IMG/VR virus record: IMGVR_UViG_2932572697_000002 | Location: 1 to 64,000 of that record | Origin: a virus | Taxonomy: Duplodnaviria > Caudoviricetes | Length of the DNA stretch: 64,000 bases | Strand: one strand, 5' to 3' | In this document: positions 55,150 to 64,000 of the stretch, piece by piece | Layout of the letters: each line of letters begins with the position of its first letter | Position numbering within the stretch: the stretch's first letter is position 1 | Program-made: the position numbers and the translations under genes | Notes under the pieces: model-generated | Database searches by the model: none | What the model was told of the DNA's origin: nothing | The model's input: only the letters and a program-made list of their open reading frames with translations

Positions 55150-56345
55150 CCGACTGGGGCAGCATCCGGCTCAACCGCACCCTCCTGAGGGAGACGTTCA
55201 CCGCCACGGAGGCGGGCATCAACAGGGCCCTCGACCTGGACGGTCAGGAATCAACCCCACCCCTCGACCGTGCCGTCCTGGTCGCCACCCACGACAACAT
55301 CAACGCCCTCGACTCCGACAGCCCCGTCGCCGTCACCTTCACCGACAAGCCGGAGCGCAACGGCTACTACCAGGTGAAGGCCTGCGGGTCGGCGATCACG
55401 GAGGAGCGGGGCGACCGGGTCATCGCCAACTGGAGAATCGGCCTGGACCGCCTCGGCACTGCCGGGGAGGTCGACCTGCAGAGCCGCCTCACCGGGGCAG
55501 TGCGCCTCAACGATTTCGGGCTGACGGGGGAGCGCTGGCAGGCGCCGCCCATCGGGCACTACGCCTACTACACTGGCAGCTCCTCACCCACCAGCATGAC
55601 CCGCACATCGTCCGACGGCCCCATCACCGTGTACCGGTCGATCCCGCCCACCGCATCCCCCCGCTGGGGGTGCGCCCCGACCGACTACCTCAAGGGCAGG
55701 GTCCGAGTCACCGACACCGCAGCCGGCCTGGAGGTCGACGGGACGCAGCGACCCGTACCGGCCAACGCGTGGGCGCTGTCCAACGGCCTCGTGAACGTCA
55801 CCCCCACTGCGAGCGCCGGCGTCCTGGACGTGCAGGCGTACACCGGGGGCAGTTGGCGCAGCAAGCTGTGGAACGTCACCATCGCAGGCTCCGCAGTGGC
55901 CACCTGGGACGCAGCGACCCTGCTCCGTAACGACCTGGAGCACGTCGTGCTGCGCCTCACCGCCTCCCGCTCCCCGGGGCGGACCACCCTCGACCTGGCG
56001 CTGCGCCGTGGCGCCCGCACCGTCGAGGGCTACCTCCAATCCGGATCCAGCGCCACGCTCGCCGTCTACCTCCGCACCCTGGAGACGATCACCAGCGCCG
56101 CAGCATCCGGCTACGTCGTCGCCACCGGCAACGACGCAGACGGGAACAGAGCGGTCGCCGGCTCGGCCCGGACGTTCACGGCGCACGCCAGCGGGGGCGT
56201 GTCCAAGGCTGCCGCGACCGGCCTCGACTTCTGGCTCGGCGTGCAAGCGGGCGGCGGCTCACCCGCATCCGGTGATGCGGTCCTTGACCTGCGGAACCAG
56301 TACATCGGGGCTCTAGCCGAGGCGACCTACGCGGTGAGGAGGTAG
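55146..56345 (+). CDS. Minor tail protein (Dit/baseplate-like)
   Basis: First gene after the TMP; beta-rich. Confidence 0.8.
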   Translation: MTDWGSIRLNRTLLRETFTATEAGINRALDLDGQESTPPLDRAVLVATHDNINALDSDSPVAVTFTDKPERNGYYQVKACGSAITEERGDRVIANWRIGLDRLGTAGEVDLQSRLTGAVRLNDFGLTGERWQAPPIGHYAYYTGSSSPTSMTRTSSDGPITVYRSIPPTASPRWGCAPTDYLKGRVRVTDTAAGLEVDGTQRPVPANAWALSNGLVNVTPTASAGVLDVQAYTGGSWRSKLWNVTIAGSAVATWDAATLLRNDLEHVVLRLTASRSPGRTTLDLALRRGARTVEGYLQSGSSATLAVYLRTLETITSAAASGYVVATGNDADGNRAVAGSARTFTAHASGGVSKAAATGLDFWLGVQAGGGSPASGDAVLDLRNQYIGALAEATYAVRR

Positions 56346-56347
56346 TC

Positions 56348-59275
56348 GTGACGATCCAGGAGACCCTGAACGCCCTTGGCCGGTGGGAGATCGACCTCAA
56401 GCCGACCATTCCCCGCGAAACCCTCGACGCCCTCGCCTACTTCGGCCACGTAGCGATCATCCAGGGGCGACTCGACCCCGCCCGGTACGGCGACAACCTC
56501 CTCGACGTGGCCCGCTATGTCGGGGTGCTGCGCAGCAACAGTTTCGGTGACGACGCCCGCACCAAAACTCCCAACGACAACGTCAAAATCGGCGGCGTCG
56601 GCATGGCCATGTGGCTCGGCGACGAGGACAACAAGGGCGACGTCCTGGAGAACGCCACGGTCTTCGCCTCCGGCAGCCTCTTCCCCGACGTCATCCGCGG
56701 CCTCCTCCCCGCCTCAGGGGCTATCACCGAGGGCACCCTGTACCCCGTCGCGGGAACGTACTCCGGCACCCATCAGTGGCAGTCCCCGCGCCAGGCCATC
56801 CAGTACGTCTGCCAGACCATGTCGACCCCCCTCGTCCCCGTCTCCTGGCGGGTCAACAACGACGGCACCCTGGACGCCGGCCCCGAGAGTTCTCTGTTCG
56901 TTACGGACCCGCGGTGCGTCGTCATCGCCCGGGGCGCCGGTGAGGACATGGCCCTCACTGCGATCCCGGGCAGCATGGACCTCACCGGGGACGTTGAGGA
57001 CTACACCACCCGCGTGGTGCTCCTGGCGGAGGGCGAAGGCGACTCCACCGCTACAGGGTCGGCCGATCTCAACCCGGGGTCCAACCCGTACAAGGACATC
57101 CACGGCAACAGCCTGAAGCTCACCCGGCTGGTCAGCGAAAGCGACACCGTCACCGCAAACGCCGCGATCCGCGCCCAGCTGGCCCTCAGCCAGTTCATCG
57201 CCCCGCAGCGGGATCTTCGCCTGTCGATCCAGGACTACGACGTCCACGGCGAGTTCGCCCTCGGGGACTACGTCCACGCCTACGACCCCGACAAAGGCCT
57301 CGTCGACACCAACAACGAGATCATCTTCCGGGGGCAGCGCCTCAACCCCATCAAACTGCAGATCACCGAGATCAGCTGGGGTGTCACCGCCGAATACACC
57401 GTCGCCTACCGGGCCGCAGACGGAACCTGGTACGACCTCACCGACCACATCGAAACGTCCGAGGCCGGCACCTACGTCACCGTCGGGGACTTCTCCCGGC
57501 AGCTGATGAACTCCGGTGCTGAACCGGTGGGTTCCCGGCCGAACGCGGACACCACCATCCCCGGCATACCCACCCTCGTAGAACCGTTCTCCGGGGCCAC
57601 GTACCTCGACTCCCGCGGTTTCACCCGGGCCCGGGTCATCCTCGCCTGGAACGCCCCGAACAACGTCGACGGGTCCACGATCCTCGACGGCGACCACTAC
57701 GAAATCCGGTACGCCGTCGACACCGACATGCTGTACCCCGCCACGTGGGCACAGCTCTCCCAGGTGCGCTGGATGGACCTCCAGACGTGGGCTCAGCCCT
57801 TCGCCGCCCCCGACGGCGACTGGCAGATCGCCTACGCCCCCTGGGGCACCAGCACCCTTCAGTTGCAGGATCTGTCGACCGGGATCGGCTACGACGTGCA
57901 GATCCGGGCCGTCGACAAGACCGGCAACCGGGGCGCCTGGTCGGGGACGACGACGTTCGTGACGACGTCGGACAACATCCCGCCTTCCACGCCAGCCGCC
58001 CCGACGGTGGCTGGGTCCAGGATCGCCCTGCAGGTCACCCACGAGCTCGGCAAGTCATCCGGCGGCACATTCAACCTGGAGTCGGATCTCCACCATCTGG
58101 AAGTCCATGTCGACTACGAGCCGTACTTCACCCCGACCCTGAGCACCCTGAAGGCGAAGGTGTCCGCCACTGCGGGGATGATCCAGGCGCAGATTCCCGT
58201 GGTCACCACGGTGCAGGTCGAGGAGACCTCCGCCCGCTACGTGCGGGTCGTCGCCGTGGACATCGCCGGGAACAAGTCGGGGCCGTCCGACGCAGCCGGG
58301 GCGACCGCGCTCCTCATCGACGACGCACACATCTCCGACCTGACCGTCTCCAAGGTGACAGCTGGGACCATCACTGCCTCGTGGGTGATGGGCGGTGAGA
58401 TCAAGACCGCGGACACGGGTGCGCGGGCCCGGATGAGCGTCGACGGGTACGAGCTGTACAACGCGGCCGGGACCCGCACGTTCTTCGCTGACGCCGCGAC
58501 AGGTGACGTCACCATCGTCGGGCAGGTGAAATCTGGAACGACCGGGAAGCGCCTGGAGATCAACCCGACCTCAACCTTCCTCCCCGAAATTCGGTTCTAT
58601 CCAGACTCCGGATCCGAGTACGGCTTCATTAACGCGGTCAGCTCCGGGACGAACGTTAATATCGGAATGAATTCCTCCCAGTACGACGGCGGTGGGGGAA
58701 CTCAGGTGACAAGTCGCCTCTACTTGGTATCTGGATCAGCCCGATTGGAAATTGTTGAAGCTGTCTCCCAAACGCGCTTTGGCGGATACGCAAATGCTTT
58801 CCCAAACTTCTTCGAGGCGGGCTACACCAAGACGGGAACCGGTGGTGGCAAGCTGTATATTGACGCCACTAGCGGCAGGCTCAATGGTGGCGTATCAGCA
58901 AACGGTGCCCAGATATACGTAGACGACAATCAGGCTTTCATGGAGCACGACGTTGGGCTCTCAACCGAAACGCGTATAGCCCTGTTCGGTGGCTGCTTCA
59001 ACCTCACCGGGCGCTGGAAAAACTATGTGGTCGCAGGCGCAGACGACAGCATCTTCACCGGCTCCGTCGTCGTCGGCGCATCGACATCCGTCACATTGAG
59101 CTACGGTCCGACGATGGCTTCACAAATGATTCCTGTGGCGACTTGCGTAGCTGGAAACTTCGGCACAGCGACCCCTACCGTGTGGGGGATCTCATCGGCA
59201 GGTACGACTAGCTTCACAGTCGCCTGGAACAATAGTCAGGGAATGCGCATCAATTTCTGGTGCTACCGGGCCTAG
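56348..59275 (+). CDS. Large minor tail / central fibre protein with FN3-like domains
   Basis: YDVQIRAVDKTGNRGAWS and VRVVAVDIAGNKS FN3-like motifs; C-terminal lower-GC module. Confidence 0.85.
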   Translation: MTIQETLNALGRWEIDLKPTIPRETLDALAYFGHVAIIQGRLDPARYGDNLLDVARYVGVLRSNSFGDDARTKTPNDNVKIGGVGMAMWLGDEDNKGDVLENATVFASGSLFPDVIRGLLPASGAITEGTLYPVAGTYSGTHQWQSPRQAIQYVCQTMSTPLVPVSWRVNNDGTLDAGPESSLFVTDPRCVVIARGAGEDMALTAIPGSMDLTGDVEDYTTRVVLLAEGEGDSTATGSADLNPGSNPYKDIHGNSLKLTRLVSESDTVTANAAIRAQLALSQFIAPQRDLRLSIQDYDVHGEFALGDYVHAYDPDKGLVDTNNEIIFRGQRLNPIKLQITEISWGVTAEYTVAYRAADGTWYDLTDHIETSEAGTYVTVGDFSRQLMNSGAEPVGSRPNADTTIPGIPTLVEPFSGATYLDSRGFTRARVILAWNAPNNVDGSTILDGDHYEIRYAVDTDMLYPATWAQLSQVRWMDLQTWAQPFAAPDGDWQIAYAPWGTSTLQLQDLSTGIGYDVQIRAVDKTGNRGAWSGTTTFVTTSDNIPPSTPAAPTVAGSRIALQVTHELGKSSGGTFNLESDLHHLEVHVDYEPYFTPTLSTLKAKVSATAGMIQAQIPVVTTVQVEETSARYVRVVAVDIAGNKSGPSDAAGATALLIDDAHISDLTVSKVTAGTITASWVMGGEIKTADTGARARMSVDGYELYNAAGTRTFFADAATGDVTIVGQVKSGTTGKRLEINPTSTFLPEIRFYPDSGSEYGFINAVSSGTNVNIGMNSSQYDGGGGTQVTSRLYLVSGSARLEIVEAVSQTRFGGYANAFPNFFEAGYTKTGTGGGKLYIDATSGRLNGGVSANGAQIYVDDNQAFMEHDVGLSTETRIALFGGCFNLTGRWKNYVVAGADDSIFTGSVVVGASTSVTLSYGPTMASQMIPVATCVAGNFGTATPTVWGISSAGTTSFTVAWNNSQGMRINFWCYRA

Positions 59276-59283
59276 GGGAACTC

Positions 59284-59874
59284 GTGGACGAGAGAACCAT
59301 AACCGAAATCAGTGAAGGGCTCGTTGGGGAAACCCCGACCTGGCAGGTGCAAATGACAGACGTGGCGGGCAGAGGGCACGTACACGTCTTCCCGCAGGAA
59401 ACCCTCGCCTGGCGCGCAGCCGAGTACGGCATCGACCCTACTGACACAGACACCCTGCTCGACATCATCCTCCATGAGCCGTTCCTGCCTGACCTCAGCA
59501 CACCCGAGGCGGCAGCCGCAGACCCGGCCGCCCGCACCGGGCTTAACGTCACCACCCTGAACACCAAAGGGGCCAAGGTCGAGCCCGTCCAACTGCACAA
59601 CGCACCAACCACGAAGGCGGCCCGTGACGCCCACCTGCTCCGCATCAACAACGTCAAGCAGGACCACCACGTTCAGGTCCCGGCAGGCAAGGGCGTGAAA
59701 GACCCCCGCGCTGCCATCAGGGGCAAGCTCATCGACCCGGGGCGCGTCGCGGAGCTCGCCGGATACGTGGACGCCATGAAACGACAAGCCCGAGGCGAAG
59801 CAGCCCGCACGACCCCCCGGTCCCGACCTGCCATGAACCCCGTACCTACGCTGCCGGAGGCGACCGATGCCTGA
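59284..59874 (+). CDS. Tail-associated hypothetical protein
   Basis: HVFP..TL.WRAAEYGIDP..LLDIILHEP. Confidence 0.75.
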   Translation: MDERTITEISEGLVGETPTWQVQMTDVAGRGHVHVFPQETLAWRAAEYGIDPTDTDTLLDIILHEPFLPDLSTPEAAAADPAARTGLNVTTLNTKGAKVEPVQLHNAPTTKAARDAHLLRINNVKQDHHVQVPAGKGVKDPRAAIRGKLIDPGRVAELAGYVDAMKRQARGEAARTTPRSRPAMNPVPTLPEATDA

Positions 59875-60769
59875 GACCCCGACGCCACGCCTTGGGCTGC
59901 GGCGCCCCCTGAACGACGGCTCCGAGCTCGTCAACGTCCAAACCGACCTCAACCAGAACGCCGACAAGCTCGACCTCGCCGCGGGCTTCCAGATCGTCAC
60001 CAGCAGCACCCGGCCCAGCACCCCCTTCTCGGGCAAGGCCATCGCCGAGTCCGACACCAGCTACCGCACCCACTTCTCCAACGGCACCGGGCCGGCCAGC
60101 GGATCATGGGTAGAGATCCCCAACTCCAGCGGCACGTTCGGATCAACCTTGAAGCTGGCAGCATCCGCCCAGCTCACCATCGGCGCGGACGTCAACCTCT
60201 ACCGGTCGGCCGCCAACACCCTGAAGACTGACGACACCGTGATAGTCGGCGGCGACCTCAAGCTCGTCAACGGAACCACCACGTTCCGAAACGGGCTGTC
60301 TGCAGCCACTACCGTCGCCAACACGACCACGGAAACCAACCTCGCTACGATCACCGCGCCAGCGAACGACCCCGTCGTCGGCGCCGTCTACAAGCTCACC
60401 GCCTGGGGGCGCATCTCCACCACGGGCACCCCGACGTTCACGCTGCGCACGAAGGTCGGATCGACCACGATCTCCACCCTCTACAGTGCCGCGACGGGGA
60501 GTGGCCTCGCCAACGCCCCCTGGACGGCGGAGCTGGAGCTGGCCGTTCCAGTGATCGGCGCCGGCGGGACGTTCGCGCCGGTGTCCCGCACCAGCAGCAA
60601 CATTGCTGCCAGCGGCACAACGGCGAGCGTCATCCTTGTCCCGGCAGCGGGCACGATCGCCAACGACACGACAACATCCACGACGTGGGCGATCAGCGGT
60701 CAGTGGGGCACGGCAAGCGCCTCGAACACGGTGACGTGCCAGGGGTTCACGGCGGTGAGGCTGGCGTAG
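59867..60769 (+). CDS. Tail fibre / minor tail protein
   Basis: TPRLGL..P..LNQNADKLD N-terminal anchor; LYRSAANTLKTDD; Thr/Gly-rich. Confidence 0.8.
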   Translation: MPETPTPRLGLRRPLNDGSELVNVQTDLNQNADKLDLAAGFQIVTSSTRPSTPFSGKAIAESDTSYRTHFSNGTGPASGSWVEIPNSSGTFGSTLKLAASAQLTIGADVNLYRSAANTLKTDDTVIVGGDLKLVNGTTTFRNGLSAATTVANTTTETNLATITAPANDPVVGAVYKLTAWGRISTTGTPTFTLRTKVGSTTISTLYSAATGSGLANAPWTAELELAVPVIGAGGTFAPVSRTSSNIAASGTTASVILVPAAGTIANDTTTSTTWAISGQWGTASASNTVTCQGFTAVRLA

Positions 60770-60775
60770 CCGAGG

Positions 60776-60955
60776 TCAGCTCGCACCGAAGTTCGGCTCC
60801 GGCTCCGGCTCTTGGGCGGGGGCCTGCTGGTGGATCTGTGCTTCCAGGTCGAGGATGCGGGCTTCCAGCATGCTGTTCTTGTGGAACAGTTCAGCGGCCC
60901 GGGAGCGGTACACCTCAAGGGCCGACTCGTAGCTGACCTGCTTCGAAGGTTCCAT
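60776..60955 (-). CDS. Small coiled-coil protein (59 aa)
   Basis: AGGA RBS; MEPSKQVSYESALEVYRSRAAELFHKNSMLEARILDLE. Confidence 0.6.
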   Translation of the reverse strand: MEPSKQVSYESALEVYRSRAAELFHKNSMLEARILDLEAQIHQQAPAQEPEPEPNFGAS

Positions 60956-60962
60956 GGTGTTC

Positions 60963-61583
60963 CTATCGGATGGTGGCGTCGCCGCGGTCGGGGAGGCCGC
61001 TGCTGTTGAGCCCGTGGTGGACCCAGGCCCAGGTGCGGCGGGGGATGTGGACGATGTGGGCGCCGGCGTCGCGGCAGCCGATGGTGAAGTGCCAGTCTTC
61101 GCCGCCGCGGTGGCCGCCGACGGTGCTGTCCGGGGGCGGGTCCTGAAATCCGACCCGTTGGGCGATGTCGGTGCGGACGAGGGTGGTGATGGTGGTCTGG
61201 TGGGGGGCGGCCGGGTTCCAGGGCTTGCCGAAGTGGCCGAGGGGGTCGTTCTCGGGCCAGGGGGTGCCGTCGCGGCGGTGGACCATGTAGTAGCTGAAGA
61301 GGTAGTCGGCTTTGTGGGCGCGGGCCCCGGCGGCGAGCACCTTGAGGTGTTCGGGGTACATCCAGTCGTCGCTGTCGAGGAAGGCGACCCATTCGGTGGT
61401 GACCTTCTCCAGGCCGCGCTGCCGGGTGGTGGCTGCTCCGAGCCCTTCCTTGTCGACCTCGATGATCAGATCGTTGGGGATCAGGTGCTGCTGCTCGACG
61501 GACTCGACTGCGCGGGCCAGCATTCCGTTCTGCACCCGGAACGGGTGGGCGGGGATCACCACGGTGATGTCAGTCGTCGTCAC
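60963..61583 (-). CDS. Glycosyltransferase family 2 (GT-A)
   Basis: ITVVIP..RAVESV..G...TR..G..EWVAFLDSDD..GEDW. Confidence 0.92.
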   Translation of the reverse strand: MTTTDITVVIPAHPFRVQNGMLARAVESVEQQHLIPNDLIIEVDKEGLGAATTRQRGLEKVTTEWVAFLDSDDWMYPEHLKVLAAGARAHKADYLFSYYMVHRRDGTPWPENDPLGHFGKPWNPAAPHQTTITTLVRTDIAQRVGFQDPPPDSTVGGHRGGEDWHFTIGCRDAGAHIVHIPRRTWAWVHHGLNSSGLPDRGDATIR

Positions 61584-61833
61584 GGGCCGCCTCCGCCCGC
61601 ATGCGGGTCTGCACGTAGTCGAGGAGCCCCATCACCCGGTGGTGAGGTACGGCTCCGCCGCCGTTCGGCAGGAGAGTTCCAACCTGGGTGATGCCGTCCC
61701 CGTCATCGTCGAACTGCTGCGACGCAGCGACGACGACCCACTCGATCGGGACGCCCTCGTAGCCTTCTAGCTCGCAGACCTCTTCGATGGCCGCTTCGAG
61801 CTTCCGGTACGCGGCCTGTTTCGCGTCGCTCAT
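61570..61833 (-). CDS. Hypothetical protein
   Basis: AGGAG RBS; P.H..MGLL motif. Confidence 0.7.
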   Translation of the reverse strand: MSDAKQAAYRKLEAAIEEVCELEGYEGVPIEWVVVAASQQFDDDGDGITQVGTLLPNGGGAVPHHRVMGLLDYVQTRMRAEAARDDD

Positions 61834-61837
61834 CGGA

Positions 61838-62095
61838 TCACTCCTGCATGGACGGTGTGTGGGTCATGCCGAGCCGCAGCACGGCCTCATCGTTGTGGGC
61901 ATAGACGAAGCCGTCACATTCAACCTCGACGCCGTTGTTGTAGATGGCCTTGATGCGGTAGTCCCGTTCGGCGTTCCAACGGATGCCGAGCGGGAACCTG
62001 ACGGTTTCGCCTACTTGGAAGTACTCGGGGAAGCCGCGCTCTACCTGCTGCTGCCGGAGCAGGGCTTCGAGAGCAGTGAACGGATCCTCACTCAT
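61838..62095 (-). CDS. Hypothetical protein
   Basis: ATGA coupling to the methyltransferase. Confidence 0.6.
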   Translation of the reverse strand: MSEDPFTALEALLRQQQVERGFPEYFQVGETVRFPLGIRWNAERDYRIKAIYNNGVEVECDGFVYAHNDEAVLRLGMTHTPSMQE

Positions 62096-62616
62096 CGCCT
62101 TACTCCTCGCGCCCAGGCATAGGCGTCTCCGGGATTGGCCCGGTACTCGACGTGCACGTCACGGAACAGGCTCTCCAGCGTCTCCCGGAGATCTTGCGGG
62201 GACACGTTCCGGTACCACTCCCCAGAGGCCGGGAGCGGAGCGCCAGCCACCCCATGCTCTGGCCGTCCGTCCGAGGCGCAGGTAACGACCAGGAGCTCCG
62301 GGCCGCCCGGCTCCAGGGCCTCGGATGCGGTGTGCAGGACGAGGCGCCACGTCGGCAGGTGCTCCAGCACCTCCGTGCAGACCACCAGGTCGAACAGGCC
62401 TGCATCCTTGGGCCAGGGGAGGGTGGCGTCGTGGACGATGTCGATGCCCGTACCAGTCTCGATGTCGGTGCCGGTCCATACCGTGTTGGGCAGGTGGGTG
62501 CGGATCGTGCCGTTGATGTCCCGGCCACCGAGGTCCAGGACCCGCCACGGGTCCGTGCGGCAGATCCCGGCCAGGTCGAGCATGCGGCCGACGGCGTCGT
62601 GCGCTTCAGGGTGCAT
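62092..62616 (-). CDS. Class I SAM-dependent methyltransferase
   Basis: VLDLGGRDING..D..G.G.D..DA..FDLVVCTEVLEH..L.PGG. Confidence 0.9.
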   Translation of the reverse strand: MHPEAHDAVGRMLDLAGICRTDPWRVLDLGGRDINGTIRTHLPNTVWTGTDIETGTGIDIVHDATLPWPKDAGLFDLVVCTEVLEHLPTWRLVLHTASEALEPGGPELLVVTCASDGRPEHGVAGAPLPASGEWYRNVSPQDLRETLESLFRDVHVEYRANPGDAYAWARGVRR

Positions 62617-62637
62617 CAGTGCTTCCCGCCTCTGGTG

Positions 62638-63141
62638 CTACTGGACATGGGTCCACGTCCTTCCGGCGCTGATGTGGGCGACGATGCTCCTGCTGATGCC
62701 GAACCGCTGCGCGATGTCCAGTTGGCGGCGGCCCACCGCGAGGAGGTCACGGATCTGGCGAACCATCGCCTCGTCGATGCGGGCACGCCCGTTGCGGACG
62801 CCCGTGTTATCTGTGCCGTGCCCGTGGCGGTCGGCGTAGTTTTCCTCGGGGGTGCCCCATCGCAGGTTGGTCAAGACGTTGTGCTGGGGGTTGCCATCGA
62901 GATGGCGACAGACCATTCCGTCCGGCCGCGGTCCCACGAAGGCTTCCAGCATCAGGACGTGGACCTTGGTCTGTCGTCCGCGCCCTATCTTGATCTGGGA
63001 GTAGCCGTGGACGATGGCCGGGGTGAGAATGCGAGGAGCGCTGGTCGGGTGGCCTTGCCGGTTCCTGTAGCTGCGGACGCGGCCTCGGTTGCTCACCTCA
63101 TACCCCAGGTGTCCGGGAAGGGGTTTCCATACCTCGTTCAC
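62638..63141 (-). CDS. NUMOD4-HNH homing endonuclease with C-terminal HTH
   Basis: EVWKPLPG..YEVSNRGRVRS; VHVLMLEAFVG..RHLDGN..N..NLRW..EN. Confidence 0.92.
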   Translation of the reverse strand: MNEVWKPLPGHLGYEVSNRGRVRSYRNRQGHPTSAPRILTPAIVHGYSQIKIGRGRQTKVHVLMLEAFVGPRPDGMVCRHLDGNPQHNVLTNLRWGTPEENYADRHGHGTDNTGVRNGRARIDEAMVRQIRDLLAVGRRQLDIAQRFGISRSIVAHISAGRTWTHVQ

Positions 63142-63830
63142 CACGGCGTCTTCCCCCACTTCGCTCGGAACGTTTCCATGTCTCGCCCGGCCTGCGCCTC
63201 AAGTTCGGGGCGTTCCTGCATGGACCCGTTGGGGCGCAGGTGCTGAACGGGGATGCCGGGGACGAGGAGTGCGCCGCCCGCCTCGCGCGCTCTCCAGTCC
63301 AGATCGTCATCGCTCGCCCACCACGCCATCGACTCGTCGAGCTGCAGCCCGGCCTCACCGCGCAGCATGTACGCGTAGCCCGTAATCCGCTGTCGCAGGT
63401 CCACCGGTTCGGCCTTCGTGTGCAGGATCTGCTGCTGACCGCCGAACTGGTCCGGGTAGGCCAGGATCGCCGTCGTGGAGCGCATGGCCTCAGATAGCGC
63501 ATCGACCCAGCCTGACGGCACGATCACATCCGAGTTGAGGACAACCACGTCGCAGCGCTCCCGGCCCGTGAACTGCCGGGAGTGCTCCGCCAGCTCCAAG
63601 CCGATGTTCCACAGGAGGCTGATGTTCGGCGGATCCAGGTCGACCAAGGCGGACCCGACGAACGTGTTGCCCTCTCCCATCGGCCACTGCTCCGGGTCGA
63701 TGGGCGGCACGCTGCCGTTGTCGATGATGTACACGGCGTCGACCTGGTCGAGTACCGAGTTCACGCAGTCCCGCACCATGTCGTGCCGGTTGCGGGTCGG
63801 GATGACGGCTACCCGCCACGGGCGGTTCAC
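63138..63830 (-). CDS. Glycosyltransferase family 2 (GT-A)
   Basis: AVIPT.NR..IIDNGS..WNIG..VLNSD..DDDL. Confidence 0.9.
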   Translation of the reverse strand: MNRPWRVAVIPTRNRHDMVRDCVNSVLDQVDAVYIIDNGSVPPIDPEQWPMGEGNTFVGSALVDLDPPNISLLWNIGLELAEHSRQFTGRERCDVVVLNSDVIVPSGWVDALSEAMRSTTAILAYPDQFGGQQQILHTKAEPVDLRQRITGYAYMLRGEAGLQLDESMAWWASDDDLDWRAREAGGALLVPGIPVQHLRPNGSMQERPELEAQAGRDMETFRAKWGKTPW

Positions 63831-64000
63831 TGGCCCGCCCAGACGGTGGTGTGCGCGTCGGCGGTCTCGGCCCGCAGCGGCGCGTAGTAGTAGCAGGCCA
63901 GCGATCTGCGCAGGTGGTTGCCGACGACAGGCTCGGGGTGCCCGTGCCACGACGTCTCGCCGGTCGCGAAGATCACCGTCCGGTTCCACGCCGGAACGAC
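63827..64000 (-). CDS. 2OG-Fe(II) oxygenase, C-terminal part (truncated by the window edge)
   Basis: Manual translation VVPAWNRTVIFATGETSWHGHPEP..RRSLACYYY contains the distal His and the R-x-S motif. Confidence 0.75.
   Translation of the reverse strand, partial: VVPAWNRTVIFATGETSWHGHPEPVVGNHLRRSLACYYYAPLRAETADAHTTVWAGQ

Larger units (their letters stand above)
1..64000. mobile_element. Temperate siphovirus prophage / phage genome segment (Streptomyces-like)
   Basis: Canonical order: immunity switch, early/recombination/replication genes, then terminase, portal, capsid and tail genes. High GC, WhiB and TraB point to an actinomycete host. Boundaries lie outside the window. Confidence 0.95.

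Overview
High-GC actinobacterial (most likely Streptomyces) temperate siphophage or prophage filling the whole window. From left to right: a divergent repressor/Cro switch, an excisionase-like HTH and a Bro-N/ANT antirepressor; a long early operon with RecE/RecT-like recombination genes, WhiB, a C5 DNA methyltransferase, an HNH nuclease, and a replication initiator with internal iterons plus its loader. Next, at about 23.4-34.8 kb, sits a Streptomyces plasmid/AICE-type conjugal transfer module: a second replication initiator with its own iterons, GIY-YIG-GntR, KorA/TraR-like GntR-UTRA, a UTRA-only paralogue, many micro-ORFs, an SpdB-like membrane protein, an FtsK-family TraB, a clt-like repeat locus and a pRL2-8-like gene. 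An apparently intact head-tail cluster follows (TerS, EndoVII, TerL, portal, MuF-like protein, scaffold, MCP, connectors, MTP, chaperone with -1 frameshift, tape measure, minor tails). The window ends in an oppositely oriented glycosyltransferase/methyltransferase/2OG-Fe(II) oxygenase cluster that runs off the edge. No integrase, att site, lysis gene, tRNA or CRISPR array was recognised. The best candidate for an unusual system is a dual-replicon prophage able to spread both as virions and by TraB/clt conjugation. All product calls come from motif recognition by eye; no database searches were run.
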